NCBI GenBank assembly: GCA_965206645.1
Contig: CBDBKE010000001.1
Location: 96,001 to 160,000 of the forward strand
DNA length: 64,000 bases
Source of the DNA: Terriglobia bacterium
Lineage (GTDB): Bacteria > Acidobacteriota > Terriglobia > JAJPHL01 > JAPKYU01
Direction: 5' to 3'
How positions within the stretch are numbered: the stretch's first letter is position 1; each line of letters starts with the position of its first letter. A program made the translations under genes and the position numbers. A model generated the notes under the pieces. It did not search any database, was not told the origin of the DNA, and saw only the letters and a list, made by a program, of their open reading frames with translations. Of the stretch, positions 38,794 through 48,743 are shown one piece after another.

Positions 38794-41352
38794 ATGGCGA
38801 AGAAAAAGGTCACGAAGAAAGCCAAGACGACGCGCTCGGCCAAGGCCACAAAGACAGCCAAGACAGCGCAGGCGGCTAAGGCCACAGGCGAAAGGAAAGC
38901 TGAAGAACCGCGCGTTGCCACTCGCGCCTCGGGCAGAGCGCTGGTAGTGGTGGAATCGCCCGCCAAGGCCAGGACCATCAACAAGTATCTGGGCCCCAAA
39001 TTTCTAGTGAAAGCTTCGCTGGGCCACATCAAGGACTTGCCCAAGCGGACCCTGGGCGTCAACTTGGAGAAGGACTTCGAACCGGTCTACGAGGTGATCC
39101 CGACCAAGCAAAAGGTGGTCCAGGAATTGAAACAGGCGGCCCGGCAGGCTTCGGCGATTTACCTGGCGGCCGACCCGGACCGCGAAGGGGAAGCGATCTG
39201 CGAGCACTTGGCCGAGGAACTGGGGAACCACAAGCCTGTCCACCGGGTGCTGTTTAACGAGATTACCCAAAAGGGAATCGAGCAGGCCTTCCGCAACCCC
39301 ACTCAGATTGACGAGCGCCTGGTGGCGGCGCAGCAGGCCCGCCGGATCCTGGACCGCTTGGTCGGATACCAGATCAGCCCTCTGCTCTGGGACAGGGTGC
39401 GCCGAGGACTCTCGGCCGGGCGGGTGCAGTCGGTGGCCCTGCGGCTGGTTGTGGAGCGCGAGCGTGAAATCCGCGCTTTCCAGAAAAGGGAATACTGGAC
39501 GATAGACGCGCACCTGCAAGCCAAGACCCCTCCGGTGTTCGATGCCCGGCTGGTCAAGCGGATCACCGGGGTCGGCGAAGACGGCCGGTTGCAACTTGCC
39601 GACTTGGAAATCTCCAACCAGGAACAATCGCAAGCGCTGGAGGAGTCGCTGCGCGCCGAGCCGTTTGTCGTCCACTCGGTCAGCCAGCGCGAGAAGCGTC
39701 GCCACTCGGTTCCCCCCTTCATCACCTCCAATCTGCAGCAGGAGGCGTCGCGCAAGCTGCGCTTCAGCGCCAAGCGCACCATGATGCTGGCCCAGCGTCT
39801 CTACGAAGGCATGGAGCTGGGGCCGGAGGGCAGCGTCGGGCTGATCACCTACATGCGGACGGACTCGACCCGGGTAGGGGCCGACGCGTTAGCTGAGGCG
39901 CGCGAGTTCGCGCGGACGGAGTACGGCGCCGCCTACCTGCCAGCCGAGCCGGTGGTGTACAAGAGCAAGAAGGGCGCGCAGGACGCGCACGAAGCCATTC
40001 GGGCCACTTCGGTGCTGCGCACCCCAGATCTGATCGCCAAGTTCCTCGGTGAAGATGAGCTGAAGCTCTACCGCCTGATCTGGCAGCGCTTCGTTGCCTC
40101 GCAGATGAACCCCGCAGTGTTTGACCATACCGCGATTGACGTGCGCGCTGCCGACTCCCTTTTCCGCGCCACCGGCTCGATCCTCAAGTTCGACGGCTTC
40201 CGTAGAGTTTACGAGGAAGGCAAGGACGTTAAGGACGAGGAAGACGAGGAGATGAAACACAAGCTTCCGGTGGTCAGCCAGGGAGAGGTGCTGAAGGCGC
40301 TGAAGATCACCCCGGAGCAGCACTTTACCGAGCCGCCACCACGCTACAACGAGGCCACGTTGGTTAAGGAACTGGAGGAGAAGGGCATCGGTCGGCCTTC
40401 CACCTACGCCAACATCCTCAGCACCATCCAGGACCGGGAGTACGTCGAGAAGCGGCAGAACAAGTTTTTTCCCGCCGAGGTAGGCATGGTGGTGAGCGAC
40501 CTGCTGGTGGAGCACTTCGGCGACATCTTTGATCTGCACTATACCGCGCGGATGGAAGAGGAGCTGGACGAGATCGAGGAGGGCAAGCTGGCCTGGCAGG
40601 AGGCGCTGCGCGGCTTTTACGGAAAGTTCGAAAAGGATCTGGAGTGCGCCCAGCGTGACATGAAGGACTTGAAGCGCCTGGAGCAGCCCACAGACCTGAT
40701 CTGTGAACTGTGCGGCAAGCCGATGATCATCCGCTGGGGCCGGCATGGTCGCTTCATTGCTTGCACCGGCTATCCCGAGTGCACCTCGACACGCGAGCTG
40801 GCACCGGAGTTGTCCGACCCAGAGACGGCCGAGGTTTCCGAGGCCGGGACCGACCAGCACGGTTGCTGCGGCAACTGCGGGCGTCCCATGATTCTCAAAC
40901 GCGGGCGCTTCGGCCAGTTCCTGGCTTGCACCGGCTACCCGGAGTGCAAAACCACTCGCCAGCTGGGGCAGGCGGAGAAGAAACCAGACGTACCGCTCGA
41001 GGAGAATTGCCCGCGCTGCAGCTCACAAATGGTGCTGCGGCACGGCCGCTACGGCGAGTTCACGGCGTGCAGCAAGTATCCCAACTGCAAATACGTCAAG
41101 CCGAAGACCGTAGGCGTCGCTTGCCCGAAAACCGGCTGCGGCGGTGAAGTGGTCGAGCGGCGCTCCAAACGCGGCAAGATCTTCTACGGATGCTCCCGCT
41201 ACCCCGACTGCGACTTCGTCACCTGGAACCGTCCGCTGTCCGAACGCTGCCCACAGTGCGGTTCAAACTACCTGCTAGAAAAGACCACCAAAGCGCAGGG
41301 CACGATGAAAGTCTGCCCGAACGAGGAGTGCAGTTTTAAGGAAGCTGCCTGA
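38794..41352 (+). CDS. topA: DNA topoisomerase I
   Basis: VVESPAKA, DPDREGE, SAGRVQS, ITYMRTD, GIGRPSTY; five C-terminal Cys4 ribbons. Confidence 0.98.
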   Translation: MAKKKVTKKAKTTRSAKATKTAKTAQAAKATGERKAEEPRVATRASGRALVVVESPAKARTINKYLGPKFLVKASLGHIKDLPKRTLGVNLEKDFEPVYEVIPTKQKVVQELKQAARQASAIYLAADPDREGEAICEHLAEELGNHKPVHRVLFNEITQKGIEQAFRNPTQIDERLVAAQQARRILDRLVGYQISPLLWDRVRRGLSAGRVQSVALRLVVEREREIRAFQKREYWTIDAHLQAKTPPVFDARLVKRITGVGEDGRLQLADLEISNQEQSQALEESLRAEPFVVHSVSQREKRRHSVPPFITSNLQQEASRKLRFSAKRTMMLAQRLYEGMELGPEGSVGLITYMRTDSTRVGADALAEAREFARTEYGAAYLPAEPVVYKSKKGAQDAHEAIRATSVLRTPDLIAKFLGEDELKLYRLIWQRFVASQMNPAVFDHTAIDVRAADSLFRATGSILKFDGFRRVYEEGKDVKDEEDEEMKHKLPVVSQGEVLKALKITPEQHFTEPPPRYNEATLVKELEEKGIGRPSTYANILSTIQDREYVEKRQNKFFPAEVGMVVSDLLVEHFGDIFDLHYTARMEEELDEIEEGKLAWQEALRGFYGKFEKDLECAQRDMKDLKRLEQPTDLICELCGKPMIIRWGRHGRFIACTGYPECTSTRELAPELSDPETAEVSEAGTDQHGCCGNCGRPMILKRGRFGQFLACTGYPECKTTRQLGQAEKKPDVPLEENCPRCSSQMVLRHGRYGEFTACSKYPNCKYVKPKTVGVACPKTGCGGEVVERRSKRGKIFYGCSRYPDCDFVTWNRPLSERCPQCGSNYLLEKTTKAQGTMKVCPNEECSFKEAA

Positions 41353-41405
41353 CGCCTAGCTTTCCCTGCCTGCCCATTGCTGGTAGGACTGCTAGAACTG
41401 CCTCG

Positions 41406-43634
41406 TCACTCACGTAAACGATTCTGAAGGGCCTCTAACATGGGCCCGGAAGCGCCCAGTGACTGCGCTTGCTGCAGCGCTGCCAGTGCCTGCGCAGTTC
41501 GTCCCTGCCCGGTATAAAACTCCGCTAGCATCAGATGCAACTGTGCATTGCTCGGGAAAGCCTCCACGGCAGCCCGTAGCGAACCCTCCGTTCCGGTAGC
41601 GTCTCCGAGCGCAAATTTCGCCCGGGCCTCTCCCACGTGGACCGCCGCCACGAAAGCCGCCCCGAGAATGTAGCGAGCGGCCTCCGCGTGACGGGACCGC
41701 AAAGCGCGCTCAAACCAAACGAGCGCCTGCCGCGGCTGCCCGAGCGCCAGCCTGCTTTCCGCGATCAAGCGGTAGGCCTCGTGGGGGAGGGCGCCCGTCC
41801 GCGTGGCCCGCTCCAGGGCCCGGATAGCTTCCTTGTGTCGTCCCGCTTCCCGTTCGAGGAACCCAAGGGTAAACCAGACGCGGCTGCTTCCCGGCAAGGC
41901 GGTGCCCGCTAGCAGCTCGCGCCGGGCCTCTGCTGGTTTCCTTAACGCCGCCAGAATCAATCCCGCCTGAACAAACAGCTCGGGATCACCCGCGAAATCT
42001 CTTCGTGCCTGCTCAACCGCCGCCCAGGCTTCCGTATGGCGACCCAGTTCAAAATAGAGCCTGGCCGCCTGTCGGTGGAAAACATATGCCGGTTCGCCAG
42101 GGAGTGGAGCCGGAAGGATCACCTGGTTGCAACTCTTTCCCAGCCTTTCGGTCCAGGGCCGGGTGGCAGGTCCGTCACGCAAGAAGACAGCCGAAACCGC
42201 ATCCAGATAAACCAGATGGACGTTGGGAGTCTCACAGAACCTGCGAAGCGGCTCGCGGTTCCATCCGATGCCCAGGAACACCGTCTGGATGCCCCAGCGA
42301 TCGGCGAACGCTTGCCATTCCGGCGAATCTAGCGGGAGCCGCAGAGCGCCTGCATGTTCTCGCACCAGTTCGGTGCCGAAAGGAACGGTACGTCCGTCAA
42401 TGAAGACGGGGTAGCCGTGGCCCAGCTTCCAGCTCAGGTAATCTCCTGAAGGCAGATCGTGCAGCAGGCGGCCCGGGAGTTGCTCTCTCAGTACAAACTC
42501 TGCTGCCCGCTCCGGAAACACGTAGGAGAGCCCAGCGCCGAAGGTGGCTTGGGTTCCGCGGCTAAAGTAATAGCGATTGCTGGCTAGGTCGGAGACGCGT
42601 ACGGCGGTAAGAAAGACCAACGCTAAAACAGCAGCCCACCGCAAGCCGCGGCGAACCTGGGCGCCGGCGACCAGTCCGGGAGCGCAAGCGGCCACCGTCA
42701 TCGCCAGCAACACCTGAAAGCGCTGTGAATAAAGAGAGGTTGCAGCGACTCCCGCAAGCAAGACCACCAAATCCCACCTTTTTCCCCATAGCCCCCAGCA
42801 AGCAGCCACCAAACCTACGAAGAGAAGCACCCAGTAGGCCCCACTCGGGTCACGCCATTCCAACAGCTCCTCAAGCCGCCACCAGCTCCAGGACGAAGGC
42901 CACCATTCAATTACTAATCTTTGATGCAGCCAATGTTGCTGCGCCTGTCGCCAAGGAATCTTCCAGACCCCGGGACCAAATGGGTTCAGGAAAGTGGCTA
43001 AAAGGCACAGGACGCCGATATATGCCAGCTTTCGCACCCGGGCCCCAGTCAAGCATGCCCCCACCAGAAACAACGCTATTAATCCGAAGCCGGCGAGAAA
43101 GCCGGGGTGTAAATTGACCCAGATCCCCATGAGCAGGGGCAACAGCCACAGGTGTTTCTCTGCCACTCCACGGAACAACAGGACGAGGAAAAGCGCAAAA
43201 AACAGAATGGTGAACATTTCCGCCCGAGCGACCGTGCGCATGGCAATCTGGGGAACAGCGAGACCCACCAACGCAGCCGCCAGCACCCCGGGGCGAACAG
43301 CCAGCAGTGTCGCGGTCGTAGCCGCGCAGGTGACGAGGCCAGACAACGAAACCGCGACATAGCCGCCCAGGCAGTAAAGGCCGTAGGAAAGCAAACCCGC
43401 CCCCGGCGGGTACATCCAGGGCTGTCCCGTAGCGGTGTAGGAGAAGACGTCAAGGCGGGCAATGTTGCCGGTTTCCACCAGATACCGCGCGTCGCGAAGC
43501 TGCCAGAACAGATCGTGGCTGGAGATGGTGCGGAAGCCAGCCATTGCCGCGTAAATCACCACCGCCGCAGCCCCCAGCAAGGCGGGCCGGTCCGCAGCCG
43601 TCAGAAGTCGCACCGCAGTGCTGAGCATCTTCAT
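41406..43634 (-). CDS. Polytopic membrane protein with C-terminal TPRs (GT-C glycosyltransferase-like)
   Basis: DLFWQL, WVNLHPGF, LNPFG, VFIDGR, many TM segments, TPR tail. Confidence 0.7.
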   Translation of the reverse strand: MKMLSTAVRLLTAADRPALLGAAAVVIYAAMAGFRTISSHDLFWQLRDARYLVETGNIARLDVFSYTATGQPWMYPPGAGLLSYGLYCLGGYVAVSLSGLVTCAATTATLLAVRPGVLAAALVGLAVPQIAMRTVARAEMFTILFFALFLVLLFRGVAEKHLWLLPLLMGIWVNLHPGFLAGFGLIALFLVGACLTGARVRKLAYIGVLCLLATFLNPFGPGVWKIPWRQAQQHWLHQRLVIEWWPSSWSWWRLEELLEWRDPSGAYWVLLFVGLVAACWGLWGKRWDLVVLLAGVAATSLYSQRFQVLLAMTVAACAPGLVAGAQVRRGLRWAAVLALVFLTAVRVSDLASNRYYFSRGTQATFGAGLSYVFPERAAEFVLREQLPGRLLHDLPSGDYLSWKLGHGYPVFIDGRTVPFGTELVREHAGALRLPLDSPEWQAFADRWGIQTVFLGIGWNREPLRRFCETPNVHLVYLDAVSAVFLRDGPATRPWTERLGKSCNQVILPAPLPGEPAYVFHRQAARLYFELGRHTEAWAAVEQARRDFAGDPELFVQAGLILAALRKPAEARRELLAGTALPGSSRVWFTLGFLEREAGRHKEAIRALERATRTGALPHEAYRLIAESRLALGQPRQALVWFERALRSRHAEAARYILGAAFVAAVHVGEARAKFALGDATGTEGSLRAAVEAFPSNAQLHLMLAEFYTGQGRTAQALAALQQAQSLGASGPMLEALQNRLRE

Positions 43635-43652
43635 TGAGTCCCGACTTTTTCG

Positions 43653-45122
43653 TTAAGGCGTCAGGCCCCGTTCGCTGTCTGGTTCGCTGTGAATCGTGAG
43701 GCGAAACACGCCGGGCAAGGCGCGCTTGAATTGCGTCTCCAGGTCGGCGGTGACTTCGTGCACACGGGTAATGGGCAGATTGCCGTTCATGGTGCAATGG
43801 CAGGAAACGTAGAGGCGGTTGCGAACCGACCGGACCAGGATTTCGTGGCAATCCAGAATCTCCGGAAATTGGGCGGCGATTTCCCGCAGCCGCTGTTCGA
43901 TACTGCCATGCTCCTCCACGACCAGGCGCCCGAACTCCACCTGCGCTCCTTCGTCCTCGATGTGGGTATTAATGGTGGTGACCTCGGGGGCTTCGCGCAG
44001 GATCTCGGTCTCAACGCGGCTGACCAGCTCGTGGGCCTGGCGGAGGGTGTGGCGATCGCTCACCTCCAGGTGCAGTTCCAGGTGGCGATTGCCGGCGATG
44101 TCGTGTGCTGCCAGCTCGTGCACGAACAGGTTGTGCCGCGCAGCCACTGCTTTCACTTTTTCGAACAGGCTGCCCGAGGGGGGCGGGCGTGGCTCGGTGT
44201 GGATCATGATGTCGGAATGGGGCAGCGTTTGCTGGATTCGCTCCTCGACGGCGTCGGCAATGGCCTCGACCTGCTCAAACGGAAGCGAGCGTTCCACGGC
44301 AATGATGGTGTCAACAAAGTAGCGGTTGCCGGCGCGGCGAACCCGCAGCCGTTCGCAAGCCAGCACTCCCTTCACTTGGCGGACCTGAGCCACCAGTTCG
44401 GCCCGCACGCCCCGGGGGGCGGCATCCAACAGGGCGTCCATTGTGCGCTTGCCCAGTTGCAGGCCGATATAGGCAACGATGCCACTGACGCCGATAGCCG
44501 CCAGCGGGTCGGCCACCATCAGCTCAGGCATGCCGTAGCGGCGTCCGGCCCAGACCAGCGTCAGCCCGAAGATCACCACCAGGGAACTCCACACGTCGGT
44601 CGAAAAATGCAGGGCGTCGGCCTCCAGGGCTTGGCTCTCGTACTTGCGGGCCGTGCGCTGCAACGCCCGGGAGCGGTTGTAGTCCACCACCACGGAAAGG
44701 AACATCACCCCGAAAGCCCACACGGAAGGCTCAATTTCCACATTCTGGTGAAGCAGCCGCCGAACCGCCTCCACCACAATCCAGACGCAGGTCAGCAGCA
44801 ACAGCCCGGTTTGCAGAAAGGCGGAAAAGTTCTCGATTTTCTGGTGGCCGTATTGATGCTCTGCATCGGCGGGCTTGTCGGAAACGCGCACCGATACGAA
44901 GGTGATGACGGCCGCCATCAGGTCCAGAGCAGAATGGGCCGCTTCCGACAAGACGCCCAGGCTTCCGGTGCGGAATCCGACCACCACCTTCAGGGCTGTG
45001 ATGACGGTGGCCGCCAGGATGGAGCGGAACGCGACACGGCGTTTTTCCCTCTGCTGCTGGCTCAGCGCAAGCGCCGTGTCGGCGGGCGTGGCCGTTGCGC
45101 CGTACGGTCGAAGCATAGGCAT
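43653..45122 (-). CDS. Cation diffusion facilitator transporter with three C-terminal domains
   Basis: HSALD, H.YGH.K.E, ADALHFSTD; three repeats ending HTEP/HIED/HSEP. Confidence 0.9.
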   Translation of the reverse strand: MPMLRPYGATATPADTALALSQQQREKRRVAFRSILAATVITALKVVVGFRTGSLGVLSEAAHSALDLMAAVITFVSVRVSDKPADAEHQYGHQKIENFSAFLQTGLLLLTCVWIVVEAVRRLLHQNVEIEPSVWAFGVMFLSVVVDYNRSRALQRTARKYESQALEADALHFSTDVWSSLVVIFGLTLVWAGRRYGMPELMVADPLAAIGVSGIVAYIGLQLGKRTMDALLDAAPRGVRAELVAQVRQVKGVLACERLRVRRAGNRYFVDTIIAVERSLPFEQVEAIADAVEERIQQTLPHSDIMIHTEPRPPPSGSLFEKVKAVAARHNLFVHELAAHDIAGNRHLELHLEVSDRHTLRQAHELVSRVETEILREAPEVTTINTHIEDEGAQVEFGRLVVEEHGSIEQRLREIAAQFPEILDCHEILVRSVRNRLYVSCHCTMNGNLPITRVHEVTADLETQFKRALPGVFRLTIHSEPDSERGLTP

Positions 45123-45310
45123 GGCTGCGCGCTATGCCGCGCGCTATGCTATGATAAGCCATTGCGCGCGAGGGTTCGTTGGTCGGTTTGCCTTCTCGAT
45201 CAGGCCCTTTCGTCCTGTAGGGTCTCGCCTGCCGGTAGGGTTCCGCCTGAAAGATACCCGGCACCCTGGCTTTCGAGACTAAATGTGAAAAGGAATGCGA
45301 GGGAAGTCTC

Positions 45311-46480
45311 ATGTATCTAAAGAAAAGGTATGTGACGGCAACGTGGGTGGCGGCGGGAGTATTGGGCGTGGGGTTGTTGGCCCAGGAGCCGGCCCCGGCT
45401 GGCAAGCCCAAGCCAGCTGTGCAGGCTCAGCCGGCCACGCCGTCCAATCCTGCCAAAAGCTCGCAGACAGTTCCACCCGCTAGCCCGGCGGCGCCGTCCA
45501 GCAAGGCGCCCTCCAGCAAGGACACGGTAGGTCCCGATGAAGTTGTGCTCACCATTGGTCCAGAAGAAATCACCCGGTCGCGTTTCGAGCTGATCAAGCA
45601 AGGCCTGCCGCCTCAGTACGGGCGTTTGGTGCAACAGTGGGGAGATAGATTATTTGCCAATAACTACGCGGCGTTTCGCGGCTTGGCGCTGCTGGCCAAG
45701 CAAGAGAAGCTGGATCAGACCCCCCAGTTCAAAGGGCAGATTCAGTTTATGAGAGTCCAGTTGCTGGCGAGTCTGGCCGTCCAACGCCTTCAGGCTAAAG
45801 CTCAGCAGATCACCAAAGAGGAAGTGAAGGACTACTACGACGAGCATCGGGCCGAGTTTGAGCAAGCCAAGGTGAAAAGTATCTTCGTAGCTTTCAAGCC
45901 TCAGGCTAAGCCTGCCGCCGTCGCTTCTGCCACCGAGCAGGAGGCGCCCAAGCCGCGGACTGAGCAGCAAGCCCTTGCCCGCGCCGAAGAGCTACGCGAG
46001 CAGCTGTTGGCTGGAGCCGATTTTTCAGCTCTCGCCAAAGCCCATTCCGATCACAAGGAGAGCGCACAAAAGGGCGGGGACCTTGGCACCGTCCGCAAGA
46101 ACCAGCTTCCCGCCAGTTTGGCGAAGGTCATCTTCAGCCTGAAGCCGAACCAGATCAGCGAGCCGGTCAAGGAAGGCCAGGGATACTACATATTGCAGAC
46201 ACAAGAAATACGAGCGGTTACCCTGAATGAGGCCGATGCGACCATCCGCGGCACCCGCCAGCAGGAGAAGTTTCTTCAGGCTATGGAGCAGGTGAAGAAA
46301 GAATTCCCGCTGGTGTTGAACGAAAAGTTTTTCGGCCCGCAGGCAACGCAGTCGCCAACCCCGGGAACTGCCCGCCCGGTGATTACCGGTGTCGCACCGG
46401 CCAAACCGGGAAGCGTGGCAAACCCAGCCCTGGATGCCAAAACGGCGCCGGCTCCAAAACCCAAACCGGAAAAGAAATGA
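45311..46480 (+). CDS. Exported PpiC/parvulin-type peptidyl-prolyl isomerase (PrsA/SurA-like)
   Basis: Signal peptide; GADFSALAKAHSD..SA.KGGDLG, ISEPV. Confidence 0.88.
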   Translation: MYLKKRYVTATWVAAGVLGVGLLAQEPAPAGKPKPAVQAQPATPSNPAKSSQTVPPASPAAPSSKAPSSKDTVGPDEVVLTIGPEEITRSRFELIKQGLPPQYGRLVQQWGDRLFANNYAAFRGLALLAKQEKLDQTPQFKGQIQFMRVQLLASLAVQRLQAKAQQITKEEVKDYYDEHRAEFEQAKVKSIFVAFKPQAKPAAVASATEQEAPKPRTEQQALARAEELREQLLAGADFSALAKAHSDHKESAQKGGDLGTVRKNQLPASLAKVIFSLKPNQISEPVKEGQGYYILQTQEIRAVTLNEADATIRGTRQQEKFLQAMEQVKKEFPLVLNEKFFGPQATQSPTPGTARPVITGVAPAKPGSVANPALDAKTAPAPKPKPEKK

Positions 46481-46694
46481 CTGGAGTTGTGTTCGAGAGG
46501 GCGTGGCTTCCAGGAGATGATGCATGGTGCAGGTGAGGTCTGGATCTCAAAAGTGATGGGCGAGATGAGGAAGTTGGCGGCGGGCCCGTGAAACCTGGCA
46601 ATTCTGCCAAAATACAGTCGCTGAGGCGAACAAACAGGATGCTGGACACAGAAACTGGGGTTTGTGAACGCAGAGCAGCCGGCCAGCTCGCCCT

Positions 46695-47126
46695 CTATTC
46701 GGGCTTCTTCTTCTCTGACTCGGGTTTCTTCTCCAGCTCGGGCGGTTCGTGAGCCGATACCTGTCGCTTCTTGGGCCGCTCCAGCTTTATCTTCACGGTG
46801 TGCTCTTCGCCGCGGATCTCGAAAATTTCACCGGCAGTCCGGTAAGCGGGGGCAATCACCTGTACGCGCACTTTGCCGGAGGGAATCTCCGGGAATTCCA
46901 CCAATCCCCGCCGGTTGGTCTTGCTATTCCACTCGCGGCGCAAGTCCTTACGGAGTATACGCGCGGTGATGAAGTTCACCGTAACCGAAGCCTGGTGAAC
47001 CGGCCGTTTGCTAGTGGCGTCGCGCACGTCAATCGTCAGAATGGTGTACTGGGTGTCGGCCGCAAGCGGGTTCCACAGGACAAGCGGCAATAGAAAAAGG
47101 GCGGCAGCAAGCATTCTCACCTTCAT
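46695..47126 (-). CDS. Exported carboxypeptidase-regulatory-like domain protein
   Basis: Signal peptide; V.D....PV..A.V, TN..G...F, V.APAY; SD AGGAGG. Confidence 0.7.
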   Translation of the reverse strand: MKVRMLAAALFLLPLVLWNPLAADTQYTILTIDVRDATSKRPVHQASVTVNFITARILRKDLRREWNSKTNRRGLVEFPEIPSGKVRVQVIAPAYRTAGEIFEIRGEEHTVKIKLERPKKRQVSAHEPPELEKKPESEKKKPE

Positions 47127-47223
47127 AACCTCCTATTCTAGTCCAAGACAGCCCCGTTCCGGTAGACACTTCGGACGGCGCACTTCGGTCTCCGAACTCT
47201 GGAGTTGTGATACTTTTCCAGCT

Positions 47224-48369
47224 ATGGGTTTTGCCACCGACGCGATTCATTGCGGGCAAGAGCCCGACCCGGCCACCGGCGCCATTGTTCCTCCCATCTA
47301 CCAGACCTCCACCTTCGTGCAGGAAGCTCTGGGACGGCACAAGGGATATGAGTACGCCCGCTCCAGCAACCCGACGAGGCGCGCACTGGAACGGAACCTG
47401 GCGGCGCTGGAGGGGGGAGCGGTCGGGCTGGCCTTCGCCTCGGGCATGGCGGCCATCCACGCGCTGCTGAGCTTGTTTGGCCACGGCGACCACGTCCTGT
47501 GCTCCCGCCGGGTTTACGGCGGAGTGCCCCGCCTGTTCCGCCGAGTTCTGGCCCGCTCCGGGCTGGAGTTTAGCTACGCGGACACGGCCTGCCTGGAAGA
47601 GGTGGAAACCGCCATCCGCCCCAACACGCGCCTGCTCTATATTGAGACGCCGGCCAACCCGCTGATGACCTTGACCGACATCGCGGCGGCTGCTGAGCTG
47701 GCCCATGCCCGTGGCCTGCTGCTGGGGGTGGACAACACCTTCATGACTCCCTACTTCCAGCGTCCGCTGGCTCTGGGCGCCGATGTCGTGGTGCATTCCA
47801 CCACCAAGTACTTGAACGGACACAGTGACGGGGTGGGCGGCGCCGTGGTCTTCGCCGCCAGCCAGCAAGATCGCGCCCGGCAGCTCGGTCTCATCCAGAG
47901 CACGGCTGGCGCCATTCTTGGCCCGTTCGACTGCTGGCTGGTGCTGCGCGGCGTCAAAACCCTGGCCGTGCGCATGCGGCAGCACAACGAAAACGGCGTG
48001 GCCGTGGCCACCTGGCTGAGTCAGCAGCCGAAGGTGCTCCGGGTATATTATCCAGGCTTGTCCAGCCATTCGCAGTACGAGCTGGCCCGACGCCAGATGA
48101 GCGGCTTCGGAGGCATGATAGCGTTCGACATGGGCTCGCTGGAGGCAGCGCGGCGCCAGCTGGCCGGTCTGCGCCTATGTTCCTTGGCGGAGAGCCTGGG
48201 AGGTGTCGAGACGCTCATCTCCCATCCGGCCAGCATGTCGCACGCCGGTTTGAGCCCGGAGGAGCGTGCCCAGATGGGTATTAGCGAGGGGTTGCTTCGC
48301 CTCTCGGTCGGGATCGAGGACGTAGAGGACATTCTGGGTGATCTGGAGAACGCCCTGCAAGCAACCTGA
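47224..48369 (+). CDS. Cystathionine gamma-lyase/synthase (Cys/Met metabolism PLP enzyme)
   Basis: PPIYQTSTF, FASGMAA, ETPANP, DNTF, HSTTKYLNGHSD, AESLGGVE. Confidence 0.93.
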   Translation: MGFATDAIHCGQEPDPATGAIVPPIYQTSTFVQEALGRHKGYEYARSSNPTRRALERNLAALEGGAVGLAFASGMAAIHALLSLFGHGDHVLCSRRVYGGVPRLFRRVLARSGLEFSYADTACLEEVETAIRPNTRLLYIETPANPLMTLTDIAAAAELAHARGLLLGVDNTFMTPYFQRPLALGADVVVHSTTKYLNGHSDGVGGAVVFAASQQDRARQLGLIQSTAGAILGPFDCWLVLRGVKTLAVRMRQHNENGVAVATWLSQQPKVLRVYYPGLSSHSQYELARRQMSGFGGMIAFDMGSLEAARRQLAGLRLCSLAESLGGVETLISHPASMSHAGLSPEERAQMGISEGLLRLSVGIEDVEDILGDLENALQAT

Positions 48370-48402
48370 GCAAGGGTGAGTTGGGATACCCATGCCCGGA
48401 TT

Positions 48403-48729
48403 CTACTCGGATTTGCGCAGGGAATCCCCCAGCCAGGTCATGTAGTTGGGCGATCCCTCAAGGATGGGAACACAGAGCACTTCGGGGACGCGGTAGCTGT
48501 GAAGGCGCTCGACTTCGGCGCGGACGGCGGCAAACAAGCTTCGGCTGGTCTTGATGACCAGCAGCGACTCCGGGTCGTCCTGGATCTTGCCTTCCCAGCG
48601 GTAGAAGGAGCGAATCTGCGGAACCAGGTTTACGCAGGCGGCCAGGCGTTTCTCGACCAAGGCGCGGGCGATTTTCTTGCTTTCGTCGGTGTCGCCGCTG
48701 GTCACATAAATAACCACTTTGTCGGTCAC
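48403..48729 (-). CDS. cutA: Divalent-cation tolerance protein
   Basis: LVEKRLAACVN, YRWEG, IKT, HSY.VPE. Confidence 0.93.
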   Translation of the reverse strand: MTDKVVIYVTSGDTDESKKIARALVEKRLAACVNLVPQIRSFYRWEGKIQDDPESLLVIKTSRSLFAAVRAEVERLHSYRVPEVLCVPILEGSPNYMTWLGDSLRKSE

Positions 48730-48743
48730 ACCGACATACTACC

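Noticed and set aside
43689-45320. Long antisense ORFs (also 7589-8848, 39889-40860, 47029-48069, 14940-16022)
   Set aside because: Shadow frames of well-supported genes in GC-rich DNA; no recognisable motifs
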